A DNA stretch of 64,000 bases from Pseudomonadota bacterium (lineage in GTDB: Bacteria > Pseudomonadota > Gammaproteobacteria > JAKAQQ01). Below, in pieces: positions 1 to 9,477 of the stretch (position 1 is the first letter of the stretch; every line of letters begins with the position of its first letter). The stretch covers positions 1 to 64,000 of the forward strand of contig DAHVLZ010000011.1 of assembly GCA_027320085.1 (NCBI GenBank), written 5' to 3'. The position numbers and the translations under genes were made by a program. A model generated the notes under the pieces. That model searched no databases. It saw only the letters and a program-made list of their open reading frames with translations, and was not told the origin of the DNA.

Positions 1-1
1 C

Positions 2-1093
2 CTGCCCACCATGCCCGTCTGGGACCTCAAGTTCGTCCACCACCCGGACAGCCTGGTGCTCGCCAGCCACGGCCGCGGACTCTGGGTCCTGGACAACCTG
101 AAACCGCTCGAGGGACTGACCCGGTCAGCCGCCCATCAACCGCTCGTCCTCTTCCCCATGCAGAAGGGAACTCTGTTCTACGCCACGGACATCGGGGATC
201 CGGCGCCTCCGTTCTACTCGGCCCCGAACGCACCGGTCGGTGTCACGGTCGCCTACGACCTCAAGAAGACCTACCCCCGGACCAAGGCCGAAAAGAAAGC
301 CCATGAAACGCCGGTCAAGATCCAGATCAAAACCCGCTCCGGCGCCCTTGTGAACACGATCTACGGCCCGGCCCACTCCGGTGTCGAATCCGCTGTCTGG
401 AACTTCTCCTACAAGGGTCCCCGGAAGATGGATTTCGGCCACTACTGGATGTCCCATGGGCCCCATGGCTTCCAGGGCCCGGATGTGGTACCCGGAACCT
501 ATCGTGTCGTGGTCACGGTCGGCCACCATCAGGCGGTCGGTCTGGCCCGCGTGGTCGCGGATCCGCGCTTCTCCATCCCTGAGGCACAGTACGTGGCACA
601 ACGTAACGCGGGACTCGAACTGAGCGCCATGATCACCGCCATGGATACCATGCTGGACCGCATTCACGGCATGCAAAACACGCTCCGGACGTTCCGGAAG
701 AGCCTTGCGGGTGAGCCCGCGCTCCAGGGCCGCTATGGCGCCGTACTCCGCGCAGGCCGCAAGCTCGACCAAAAGCTCGAGAAACTCCTGACCTCGGTTT
801 ACAACCCCGAGCGCCAGCACAATGTTTCGGAAGCGAGTCTCCGGAACCTCGTCCGGCTGCACCAGAAGATCATCAATACCTACACGCTCGTGATCGGAAA
901 CTATGCCCAGCCCATCAATCACCGCATCCAGCGGATGATGGCCCATCGCCGGGGTGAGCTTGAAGCGGTCCTGGCCCGGTTTAACGGGCTTCTCAAATCC
1001 TCGATTGCGCGCTACAACCGCCTGGCCTACGCGACGGACGCTCCCACGCTGTTTTCGGGGTCTCCGATCCGGATCCAGCCCATGCCACAGTGA
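2..1093 (+). CDS. C-terminal part of a BNR/VPS10-like beta-propeller glycosyl hydrolase family protein (5' truncated by the window)
   Basis: Frame is open from the window edge. LPTMPVWDL...LVLASHGRGLWVLDN, a later GPDVVPGTYRV segment and a helical tail are typical of this family. Confidence 0.75.
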   Translation: MPTMPVWDLKFVHHPDSLVLASHGRGLWVLDNLKPLEGLTRSAAHQPLVLFPMQKGTLFYATDIGDPAPPFYSAPNAPVGVTVAYDLKKTYPRTKAEKKAHETPVKIQIKTRSGALVNTIYGPAHSGVESAVWNFSYKGPRKMDFGHYWMSHGPHGFQGPDVVPGTYRVVVTVGHHQAVGLARVVADPRFSIPEAQYVAQRNAGLELSAMITAMDTMLDRIHGMQNTLRTFRKSLAGEPALQGRYGAVLRAGRKLDQKLEKLLTSVYNPERQHNVSEASLRNLVRLHQKIINTYTLVIGNYAQPINHRIQRMMAHRRGELEAVLARFNGLLKSSIARYNRLAYATDAPTLFSGSPIRIQPMPQ

Positions 1094-1122
1094 CGCGCCA
1101 AGACCACTTCCCCGGTTCTGTT

Positions 1123-1149
1123 GCGGCCTCTTCGGAGGCCGCTTTTTTT
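1123..1149 (+). terminator. Rho-independent terminator
   Basis: GCGGCCTC-TTCG-GAGGCCGC followed by T7, 30 nt after the stop. Confidence 0.9.
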
Positions 1150-1330
1150 GGCTTTTGACAACCTGGGTTAAAGTTTCCCGTTGAGTAGTCTATCCCGGAG
1201 CTTGTCATTAGAACGATTCACAACTCAAAAGGTTCGACGAGTTTTCAGTCGCCTGCGATCCGTCAAGTCCGTAGCGGATTCATCGGTTTTGATTGTATGT
1301 TCCATTTTGACAAGCGTTGACATGACCAGT

Positions 1331-3388
1331 TCAAGTGTGAACCCCCCATACCACGGTCGCACTGTGGATTGCCGGGATAACCCGTAGTGTTCTTTGCACC
1401 AGTCTGCCCTTCGAATCGAGCACGCTAAGGTGATAAAAACCCTCGGCACGAGGTATCCAGCGGACACTGCGTAAAGCGGGATTCGAGTCAAGTGGTCGGC
1501 CGTCCATGAGGAAATGCAACGGTCGACTACCACCCAGGACATGGATGCTGATGGGTTCCCCAACGGATAGTTCTGCACCGGGTGCGGGGCTGGCGATCTC
1601 CAGGTTGGTACCCATCAACTGCAGGTGCAACGTCAAAGGTTCGATCGGTGGCTCCACAGTCAGCACTCGACCGGGCAAGATGCTGAAAATTTTGGCGAGA
1701 ATTGGAATCGCGGCAAGTGCGGTATCTCCGGGCAGTGCGCCGCCGCCGGGTTGACCGATCCAGACTGCGGCCACGTAGCGGTGATTGAACCCGATCGCCC
1801 AATCATCCCGGTTTCCGGCGCTCGTACCGGTCTTCCAGGCGATCCCCGCAGGTCCACCGAAGGGAAAGGGTCGATTCAGGATCGCGGTCACGGTTCTCGC
1901 CGCGTGGGGAGGGAGAAGGCGTCGTCGTGTCCTTCGCTGACCGGCAACAAGATGCAATCGCTCAACCACTCCACCGTTGGCAAGGCCCGCATAAAGCGCT
2001 ACCAGACGGCGCATGGTGATGCCGGCACCCCCCAACGCCAAGGGAAGGGCAGGATCTGCGCCGTAGGGTAACGTGACGGGGGTTCCCGCTGCTGCGAGCT
2101 GGGCAGCAAAACGCAAAGGTCCATAAGCCTGGATGAGATCAACCGCAGGGACATTCAGGGAGCGTCGCAGTGCGGTCGTCGCGGTGACTGTGCCCATGTA
2201 GGTGTTGTTGTAATCGTTCGGCTCGTAGCTGCCAAAGTTGCTGGGGAAGTCAGCAACATCCGTGGTTGGCCGGATCAGTCCTGCCCCAAAGCTCAGACCG
2301 TACAAGAAAGGCTTTAACGCAGAACCAGGCGAACGGAGGGCTTGAGTCATATCGAGAAAACCATCCCGTCGTACATGCCCCCACTCACCACTGTAGATGG
2401 CACGTATCCCCAATGTTTTCAAACTGGCCACCAGGATCGCGACACTCTCGGTGGGTTCCATCTGGTGCAGAGACTGATGCGCAATGGCAGCAATGGCCTG
2501 ATCCATAGGCCGTTCGATGGTCGTGCGTGTTCCCGTGGGTAGCTGCTCGAGCGCTTGGGGCGAGAGTCGGGGCATTGGGTAAAGACGATCAGGCAGGGGT
2601 GTCGCCAGCGCGTGTTTCAACGCCGAGTGGGATATGACGCCTTGTCGCCAGGATTCCTGCAGGATTTGGTTGCGGGTGGCTAAGGCAGCACGAGGGTGGC
2701 GAAGCGGATTCAGCCAGTTGGGGTTGCGCACCATCATCACGCAAAAAGCGGCCTGCGCTGCTCCCAAGGTGCTTGGTGATTGGTGGAACCAAGCGTGCGC
2801 TGCAGCCTCGACGCCCTCGATGTTTCCACCTTCCGGGGCCAAGGACATCCACATGCCAAGGACGCGGGACTTGGAGTCATGCTCGAACAAGGATACGGCC
2901 TGGAAGGCTTCAAGAATTTTTACCGGCAGTGTTCTTGGGAGCGGATGCAGCATTCTGGTCACTTGCATCGTGATCGTCGAAGCACCGGATACGACGTGGC
3001 CGGCGAGAATCATCTGCCATGTAGCACGCAGGATGGCGAAAGGATCGATACCCGGATCCCACCAGAAATGCCGATCCTCGATCGCGATCAGCATCCGTCT
3101 CATGACCGGGCTCATCTGTCGAGGCCGGATGGCATAAGCCCATTGCTGCTCGCGGTCGAGGAACATGGCCAGCACACGGCCGCGCCGGTCAAAAATGATG
3201 CGCCCCTCGTCCTCCAGTCTGCGGGTGCCGGGCATCATGAACCATGCCGTAACCATGATACCTGCGATGCCCGCGAGCGTCGTGACACCGAGCCACCACC
3301 ACCATGGATGCCTCCTTCGCGGCCAGAGCCGCGATCGGAAGCGCCCACGGAGGTCATGACGCCCGGCCACAGCCCCCTCAGTGCGCAC
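1331..3388 (-). CDS. pbpC: Penicillin-binding protein 1C
   Basis: Transglycosylase motifs IEDRHF and GASTITMQV, SxxK (SALK), KTG, C-terminal BiPBP_C-like domain; directly downstream of A2M. Confidence 0.93.
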   Translation of the reverse strand: MRTEGAVAGRHDLRGRFRSRLWPRRRHPWWWWLGVTTLAGIAGIMVTAWFMMPGTRRLEDEGRIIFDRRGRVLAMFLDREQQWAYAIRPRQMSPVMRRMLIAIEDRHFWWDPGIDPFAILRATWQMILAGHVVSGASTITMQVTRMLHPLPRTLPVKILEAFQAVSLFEHDSKSRVLGMWMSLAPEGGNIEGVEAAAHAWFHQSPSTLGAAQAAFCVMMVRNPNWLNPLRHPRAALATRNQILQESWRQGVISHSALKHALATPLPDRLYPMPRLSPQALEQLPTGTRTTIERPMDQAIAAIAHQSLHQMEPTESVAILVASLKTLGIRAIYSGEWGHVRRDGFLDMTQALRSPGSALKPFLYGLSFGAGLIRPTTDVADFPSNFGSYEPNDYNNTYMGTVTATTALRRSLNVPAVDLIQAYGPLRFAAQLAAAGTPVTLPYGADPALPLALGGAGITMRRLVALYAGLANGGVVERLHLVAGQRRTRRRLLPPHAARTVTAILNRPFPFGGPAGIAWKTGTSAGNRDDWAIGFNHRYVAAVWIGQPGGGALPGDTALAAIPILAKIFSILPGRVLTVEPPIEPLTLHLQLMGTNLEIASPAPGAELSVGEPISIHVLGGSRPLHFLMDGRPLDSNPALRSVRWIPRAEGFYHLSVLDSKGRLVQRTLRVIPAIHSATVVWGVHT

Positions 3389-6300
3389 CGGGCGTAACGA
3401 TCACTCTCCGGCCAGAGGTCCGCGCGAATACAGAGGGGTGGTACATGTCACTCAGACTGACTCCCGGCAGGGTGTAGGATCCGGGTGTCACGGCTCGCAG
3501 CAAGACCGCAATCTTGAATTTTTTCATCCCTGGGGTTTGGAAAGCATAACTACCCTGAGGAGCCATCCCGAACGCGGCTTCATAGCGATCATCGGTGGCA
3601 AAAACCGTTTCCGGAGTTGTCGTGTGTGAAAGCCAGGGAAGCTTCTGCACATGGCCCGGGGCAAGACTGCCTGCTGGCTCCCAACCCGGTGGCAATCCCA
3701 CATTGAGAAGGGCCAGGTGTGGCAGGTCATCAGTGACTGCTCCTTTGAGGACCATCACAAAAACTGTGTTTTGGGGGAGCGAGTCCGGCTGCAAGGGCCT
3801 GCCGCCCAACGTATAGAAGAGGCGATGCACCACCATGCCATGTACCGCAGCCGGCAGAGGGGTTTGCGTAATGCCGGTCGTTGTAACTGACACGGGGAGC
3901 GCACTTCTGCCCAAGTTGTGCAGGACCGTCGCTCCGGTCAATGTGAGAATGACAGGTCCGGTCCTGTCAATGACGCGGTGGTTCCATTGCACATACACCA
4001 TCCGCCGTGAACCGCCGAGGACGCCATCAGCATAGAGAGCCCAAGCCAGCTCTTGCGACGTGAGCTCGCTCGGGCGGAGGCCGGCACCCGGGAGATTGCT
4101 GCGCAGCCGAACGTGGGGCATGAGACCCGACTGGGCGATGATCGCTGAAACGGCCCATTCGTCGCGAAGGGGCGAACCGAACGCAGCATCCCAATCGATT
4201 TGCTTCCACCACCACTTGCCTTTCGGCTCATGCATTGCCATGGCCATCCGTAGCACCCGCAAGGCCTGGTGCCGCTCACCAATAATGTTGAGGGACACGC
4301 CCAGCTGGGCCAGCGTCAACGGCATGGAGATGCGCGACAGATGCATTGCCAGGAGGCGGATGGCTCCCGCTGGTGGTTCTCCGGCGAGGCTCAGGTCATA
4401 AGCCGCATAGACACGGTCAAAGACTGTGTGATCCGTGCTGACCAGCTCGTGGCGCAGCCAGGTGAGAGATTGCTGGAGGGTGGCCCGGGGTACCGTGGCG
4501 CCGTTCTTCTCAGCCCGCAACAGGAATTCCGTGGCAAAGGCTGTGAGCCAAGGCTGAGCCCGGCCCATATCTGACCACAGACCGAAAGCACCATCGTAAC
4601 GCTGGTCGTTCAGCACCTGTCCAACGTAATGCTGGAGCCTTTCCAGACGTCGGCGAGAAACCAGGGGCGGACGCAGGACGGTCAAGGGCAGCCCCTTGCT
4701 GGCTGCGGTAAGCAGGGAACCGCTATAGTGCCAGCTATGATAAAGCGCCTGCACATAGGCTCCAGGATCGAAGGGCAGGATATTTCCGAGGGTGACCGCG
4801 CTACGGGTTGAACCCGCAATAAATCCCGCGTTATCGGGTCGCAAGGTCAGCTCCCCTTCCCCACCAAGTCGTACAAGGTGATCGCGGGTCACGGGTATTT
4901 GAGTCGAGTGCACCACCATCTGCCAGTGCCGAACGAGGTGGTACCCATCGGGACCGGTTACCGCCAGCGTCAAACGTGCCGTGCCATCGCCGGTTCCTGT
5001 CATCGTGACGGGTAGCAAATGCATGGCCGGGGACGACAGGCGGACCGCGTGGGTGGCGCCCCGGACGACACGGACGGAGCCGGTCGCATTTACGGTGCTG
5101 CGATACATCCCGGCCGGAAGTTTGAGGTTCTGCAACATCACTGAAGCCTGAGCCGTATCCCCCGGGGCCAGGATACGTGGCAACAGCAGGTTGGCAATCA
5201 ATCGATTGCGGACAATGATACTGGCGTGGGAGGCACCCATCGCGTTAGCTTTCCAGGTGACAGCCATGAGATGCAACTCACCATCAAACTCGGGGATGGT
5301 GATGGGCAAATTCGCAAGGCCTTCACTGTTCGCCTGAACGGGGCCCGCGAAGATGGCCACGACTTTCTGGGGAATGGGCCGTACAGCCGGGCCAAAACTT
5401 GCTCCAGCTCCGTTCTCGAGGAGCGTTTCGAAGCCCTGCGGACGCGCCAAAAGATCCCCATATTCATCAAACACCCGGATATCCAAGCGCCGCTTTCCAA
5501 AGAAGTAGTGCAGGGGGTTGGGGTTCGGGAACTGGGTGAGATTGAGGATTCCCTGATCGACAGCCGCCAGGGTGACATAGGCGCCAGGACGGGTCTTCAC
5601 CGGAACCCGAATGGTTTCCAGAGGGCGGTAGACATGTCGGACAGAAAGATGCAGAGGAATGGCACGATGACCCGGTCGCAAACCCAGCCACGTCAACCCG
5701 ATGGCGCGTTCCGGCGCTTGACTGGCTGTTGCTGGCCGGAAGACATCGATTAAGGCATAGGCCCCAGCACCCCACCGGCCGTGTATGCGTACACGAAGCG
5801 TCCGGCCCCGTTTGGGAAGACTAAAGTCGCGGATCTTGAGGATCCTGTCGTTGGCGAGAACCAGTACTGCCGGACCTGCGAAAGGAGCGGAGACATGGAT
5901 TTTCGCGTCGCTCCCGGCGGCATAATCCGGAGCGCTGCTGCGTACTGAGACCCGCTGCGGTACTGCAGGGTTGCCACTGGTTTGCCAGCCAGAGTAAAAA
6001 ATCACCGAGCTTGCAGCGAGGCCCCCATGGGCTTCGGCAACCCTCAAGCGATAACGACCGTAGTCCAGTGCGGGTAACCGAAGATCATAGGGATGGTCTT
6101 CGGGCAGCATGATGCCTCGGGTAAGTACCGGGTGATTGATGTAACTGTAGGTCCAGCTGGCAACGCCGTAGTTCATCGTGATGTCCCATTCTGGGGACTG
6201 GCGCACGACGCGAATCAGTACGGGTATTGCCGTAATCGTTCCACCGGATCGAATTGCGGCGATATGAAAGACCGGCGTTTTTCCTGAGGCGACCGTGTGG

Positions 6301-8993
6301 TTGCGAAATTCCTCTCTGATGCCGATAAGTGGATGGTCCGGGATGATCGGAAGCTGGATACGACGATTCACCCACCGGCCGGAAGGCTCGTTGATCGAGA
6401 CCGACAGCCTCGCCTTTTGAAAGCGCGTGCTGTCGGGCAACCGTGTGAGATTGATGGGAACCCGGGTCAAACCAGCAGCATTCGTCGCAGGCAGGGTCAC
6501 CGTCTGGACCATCCCCGGCTCCACTTCGCTGGACAAACCGAAGTGATAGTGCTTCCATCGCGGATAGAGGGGAGATGCCGACTGGATGTTGATTTGCGCC
6601 ACCCCCGACAGATGTGCACCTGGGGCGCCATACAGGTAGCGCACACGCACAGGCCAGGATACCCGGCCTCCCGCGGGAACCGGTTTGGCGTGACCGAGAT
6701 GAACGGCGAGCATGGGGGGGACAAATGCAGCCACCGTGAAGTTGGCTCGTGCCAAGACCGGTTCGTGGAGTCCTGTGGCCAGGCTCACGCTCCAGATGCC
6801 ACCCTGCGCCGCCCGCGGTAGCCGGACAGGGGTGATGATGGCATCGTCATCCCTGAGTTTGGGGACGACATCCAGAAAAACCTGACCACCCGGCCGGCGA
6901 ACGATGAGATGGAGGGGAAGATCCAGAGGTCGGCCGGCAGCACTCCGATAAATGGCCGTCACATGCACTGTTTCACCGGGCCGGTAGATACCCCGATCCA
7001 GCCAGAGGTAGGGACTCACCGGGTGTAACGCAGCGCGACCCGATATCCCGCGGCCCGACAGATTCAAGGGGGAGTTGTGGAGGTCAACGAGCGTGAACTC
7101 TTTTCCGGGTCCGTAAATATGCAGGGAGTCCGGACTTTGACCGGCGCGCCCCCGCAGGATAGACTGGGGAAAGTGTGCGACACCCAAACTGTGGGTCCAC
7201 TTCGTTTCGAGAATATCGTTATCCTTCGCGATGAGCTCGATCTTGACTCCTGGCCAGACCCGCGCGGTCGTGTAATGGCGGACTTGGACATAGAGGCCGT
7301 TGTGTCCGCGCCAGATCGTCGGTGCCAAATTGGTGCGCAACACAAGTTGAACGGCCCCGAGATCGCCGAAAGGGTTGGGCGTGCCATCTCCCGGATCGAT
7401 CTGAATCGCGTACAGACCGGGTTTTCCCAAAATCCTGGGCAAGGGCAGAATCGTGTGCACCAGACGATTCTGGGTGAAATGCGGGATGTTAGTCGTCCCC
7501 CGCCATACAGTTTTGCTGTTTTGCCCCGTCAGCACGGATGTATATGCATCCTGCTGAAGCAAGGGATGATTGCTAAGGAAGCCGATCAGCGCCCGCTGAG
7601 GCACCCGGTTGATCCGGATCTTGACCTTGGAAACATTGATGGTGGAAAAGCCTACTGCCGGTGGCAGGTTGGCGGGTATGATGAATCGTCCCGTGTCCGA
7701 TATGATCTTCGAACTCCGGTCCGGGAGACTCAGTTTGATACGCGTCATCTTGGGCAACACGGCACCGTCGATGGCAGGGAGTCCCGCACGAATCTGCAAC
7801 TCCGTCGTCGAGCCTGCGGGAAGGCCTCGGATGCAAACACCCCCATTCTGCAGGACTGCAACAGCCCGGGGGCGTGCGGGTTGAAAACTCACCCAAGTGC
7901 TGGCATGGAAATTCGGCGCATCAGAAAGACGTGCGGAAAAGTGCACACAGACCCGGGGCGGAAACACATTGACGTCCGGAGTCACTCGCTGCACCTGGAA
8001 GCCATGGTTCGTGATAGCCTTTTTTAATCGCCCAGCAAGCTGCACATTCCCGGGATAGCTCCGGTACATCGCCTCCAGAAGACGGATTTCTCCAAGGTAG
8101 TCATGCTGAGCCGCGAGATTGCGAACCAGGAGTTCGAGGGCGGGAAGCAGGATAGCGATGTCGCGGGGTTTCTGCTTGAGGTAGTTTTGATATGCCAGGT
8201 AAGCTGCGGATTTGGAATTATCAATGATGAGCAGGGCAGGTCCGTGAAAGTGTTTGCGTGCGAGGCTGGCCCAGTCGGGGAGGTATGTGATCGCCAGGCC
8301 CTGGAGCTCGATATCGCGTTCATATGCGAGGTAAGCCGAGTACCCAATGGCTAGGGCAGTAGCAGGCTTGCGATGCGACAGCCCTTGTGCCAAATACCAC
8401 CAGACTTGGGGGTTCCCGCCTTCACCCAAGGCAACGCACCGTTCGTAGGCATTGATGGCCGCAACCCAGTCACCATTCGCGAAAGCCCTGTTCGCCTGTG
8501 ACAACGCGTCTGCCTGCTGTCGATGCTCCCAGGTCTCCAGGGCATGCCGCAGCTGCGCTGCCTCGGTGGTGTTGCCGCTTTCGAACGCGGCCCGGATGGC
8601 CTGATCCTGTTCGTGAATTCTCGCATGGAAGCTGTGACCGGATTGGGAAGATTCCAGCTCGTCGGCAAACTGCTCGGCATCAGCCGCAAAGCCTGGGAGG
8701 GCTTTTGAAAGATCCACTGCCAGTTCGCTAGCGTTTTCCCTGGGTCCTGTGTCTGAGACCGGAGAAACGGACGCAGGACGCAATGCCGTGTAAGACTGGG
8801 GAGAGGAAATCAGCACACCGTTCGGCTTCGGTGATACCGCACCGGGCGTCAGCTTGGAGCGAGTCTGAGAAGCTTGCTCGGATTTGACCCAGACCGTCAC
8901 CCCCACAGCCATCAAACCGACAATGACCAAAGATCGGAGAAGCCATGGACGAAGTTTGTGGAACAAAACGATGTATCTTTTAGGATTGTTCAT
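3378..8993 (-). CDS. Bacterial alpha-2-macroglobulin family protein (YfhM-like), thioester motif absent
   Basis: 1871 aa; DRGIYRPGETVH (MG2), AAVDQGILNLT, QRYDGAFGLW, RAVTPGSY...DMYHP; overlaps the pbpC start. Confidence 0.93.
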   Translation of the reverse strand: MNNPKRYIVLFHKLRPWLLRSLVIVGLMAVGVTVWVKSEQASQTRSKLTPGAVSPKPNGVLISSPQSYTALRPASVSPVSDTGPRENASELAVDLSKALPGFAADAEQFADELESSQSGHSFHARIHEQDQAIRAAFESGNTTEAAQLRHALETWEHRQQADALSQANRAFANGDWVAAINAYERCVALGEGGNPQVWWYLAQGLSHRKPATALAIGYSAYLAYERDIELQGLAITYLPDWASLARKHFHGPALLIIDNSKSAAYLAYQNYLKQKPRDIAILLPALELLVRNLAAQHDYLGEIRLLEAMYRSYPGNVQLAGRLKKAITNHGFQVQRVTPDVNVFPPRVCVHFSARLSDAPNFHASTWVSFQPARPRAVAVLQNGGVCIRGLPAGSTTELQIRAGLPAIDGAVLPKMTRIKLSLPDRSSKIISDTGRFIIPANLPPAVGFSTINVSKVKIRINRVPQRALIGFLSNHPLLQQDAYTSVLTGQNSKTVWRGTTNIPHFTQNRLVHTILPLPRILGKPGLYAIQIDPGDGTPNPFGDLGAVQLVLRTNLAPTIWRGHNGLYVQVRHYTTARVWPGVKIELIAKDNDILETKWTHSLGVAHFPQSILRGRAGQSPDSLHIYGPGKEFTLVDLHNSPLNLSGRGISGRAALHPVSPYLWLDRGIYRPGETVHVTAIYRSAAGRPLDLPLHLIVRRPGGQVFLDVVPKLRDDDAIITPVRLPRAAQGGIWSVSLATGLHEPVLARANFTVAAFVPPMLAVHLGHAKPVPAGGRVSWPVRVRYLYGAPGAHLSGVAQINIQSASPLYPRWKHYHFGLSSEVEPGMVQTVTLPATNAAGLTRVPINLTRLPDSTRFQKARLSVSINEPSGRWVNRRIQLPIIPDHPLIGIREEFRNHTVASGKTPVFHIAAIRSGGTITAIPVLIRVVRQSPEWDITMNYGVASWTYSYINHPVLTRGIMLPEDHPYDLRLPALDYGRYRLRVAEAHGGLAASSVIFYSGWQTSGNPAVPQRVSVRSSAPDYAAGSDAKIHVSAPFAGPAVLVLANDRILKIRDFSLPKRGRTLRVRIHGRWGAGAYALIDVFRPATASQAPERAIGLTWLGLRPGHRAIPLHLSVRHVYRPLETIRVPVKTRPGAYVTLAAVDQGILNLTQFPNPNPLHYFFGKRRLDIRVFDEYGDLLARPQGFETLLENGAGASFGPAVRPIPQKVVAIFAGPVQANSEGLANLPITIPEFDGELHLMAVTWKANAMGASHASIIVRNRLIANLLLPRILAPGDTAQASVMLQNLKLPAGMYRSTVNATGSVRVVRGATHAVRLSSPAMHLLPVTMTGTGDGTARLTLAVTGPDGYHLVRHWQMVVHSTQIPVTRDHLVRLGGEGELTLRPDNAGFIAGSTRSAVTLGNILPFDPGAYVQALYHSWHYSGSLLTAASKGLPLTVLRPPLVSRRRLERLQHYVGQVLNDQRYDGAFGLWSDMGRAQPWLTAFATEFLLRAEKNGATVPRATLQQSLTWLRHELVSTDHTVFDRVYAAYDLSLAGEPPAGAIRLLAMHLSRISMPLTLAQLGVSLNIIGERHQALRVLRMAMAMHEPKGKWWWKQIDWDAAFGSPLRDEWAVSAIIAQSGLMPHVRLRSNLPGAGLRPSELTSQELAWALYADGVLGGSRRMVYVQWNHRVIDRTGPVILTLTGATVLHNLGRSALPVSVTTTGITQTPLPAAVHGMVVHRLFYTLGGRPLQPDSLPQNTVFVMVLKGAVTDDLPHLALLNVGLPPGWEPAGSLAPGHVQKLPWLSHTTTPETVFATDDRYEAAFGMAPQGSYAFQTPGMKKFKIAVLLRAVTPGSYTLPGVSLSDMYHPSVFARTSGRRVIVTPGAH

Positions 8994-9026
8994 GCGAGCT
9001 TGATACCTAAGCCTCCCTTATCCCTT

Positions 9027-9042
9027 GCCAAGTATACTTGGC
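9027..9042. promoter_or_regulatory. Perfect 16-bp palindrome containing a TATACT -10-like hexamer upstream of A2M
   Basis: GCCAAGTATACTTGGC, about 34 bp upstream of the A2M ATG. Confidence 0.5.
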
Positions 9043-9477
9043 CTGAGTCGGCTCACACAATCCCAACGATGTGGAAATTTATGGTGTGCCTCACGTCCAC
9101 CTCGCGAATCGCAAGTGGACCAGCATGACGCGACCCTCGCAGGCTTAACCGTTTCCAGACCATTCATTACTGACAGCGTGCCTGCCAAGCTGCTGCAGAC
9201 GACTTTGCCAACGTGCAGCTCGAGTCGTCATCGTGCTGGAGAGTCTACGCGAAGCGGGGGGGGGATCCGCTGCCTGCGTTGGTCTATCTATACACGCCGG
9301 GAGGGAAAAAATCCTCTTCGTCGCCATTCCCGCCAGGGCCGGACAGGACTCCCATCGACATGTCCGATGGGCTCTATCCCAAAAGGGTGGTACTGGCATT
9401 CCGCAGCGAATCGCTGCGGCCTCTTAACCCTGACCGGATAAAGTATCCGGGCGCCCCTTTTAAACCGTTTCGTATTT

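Noticed and set aside
9090-9460. Integron attC sites
   Set aside because: No convincing RYYYAAC...GTTRRRY pairing and no integron integrase.
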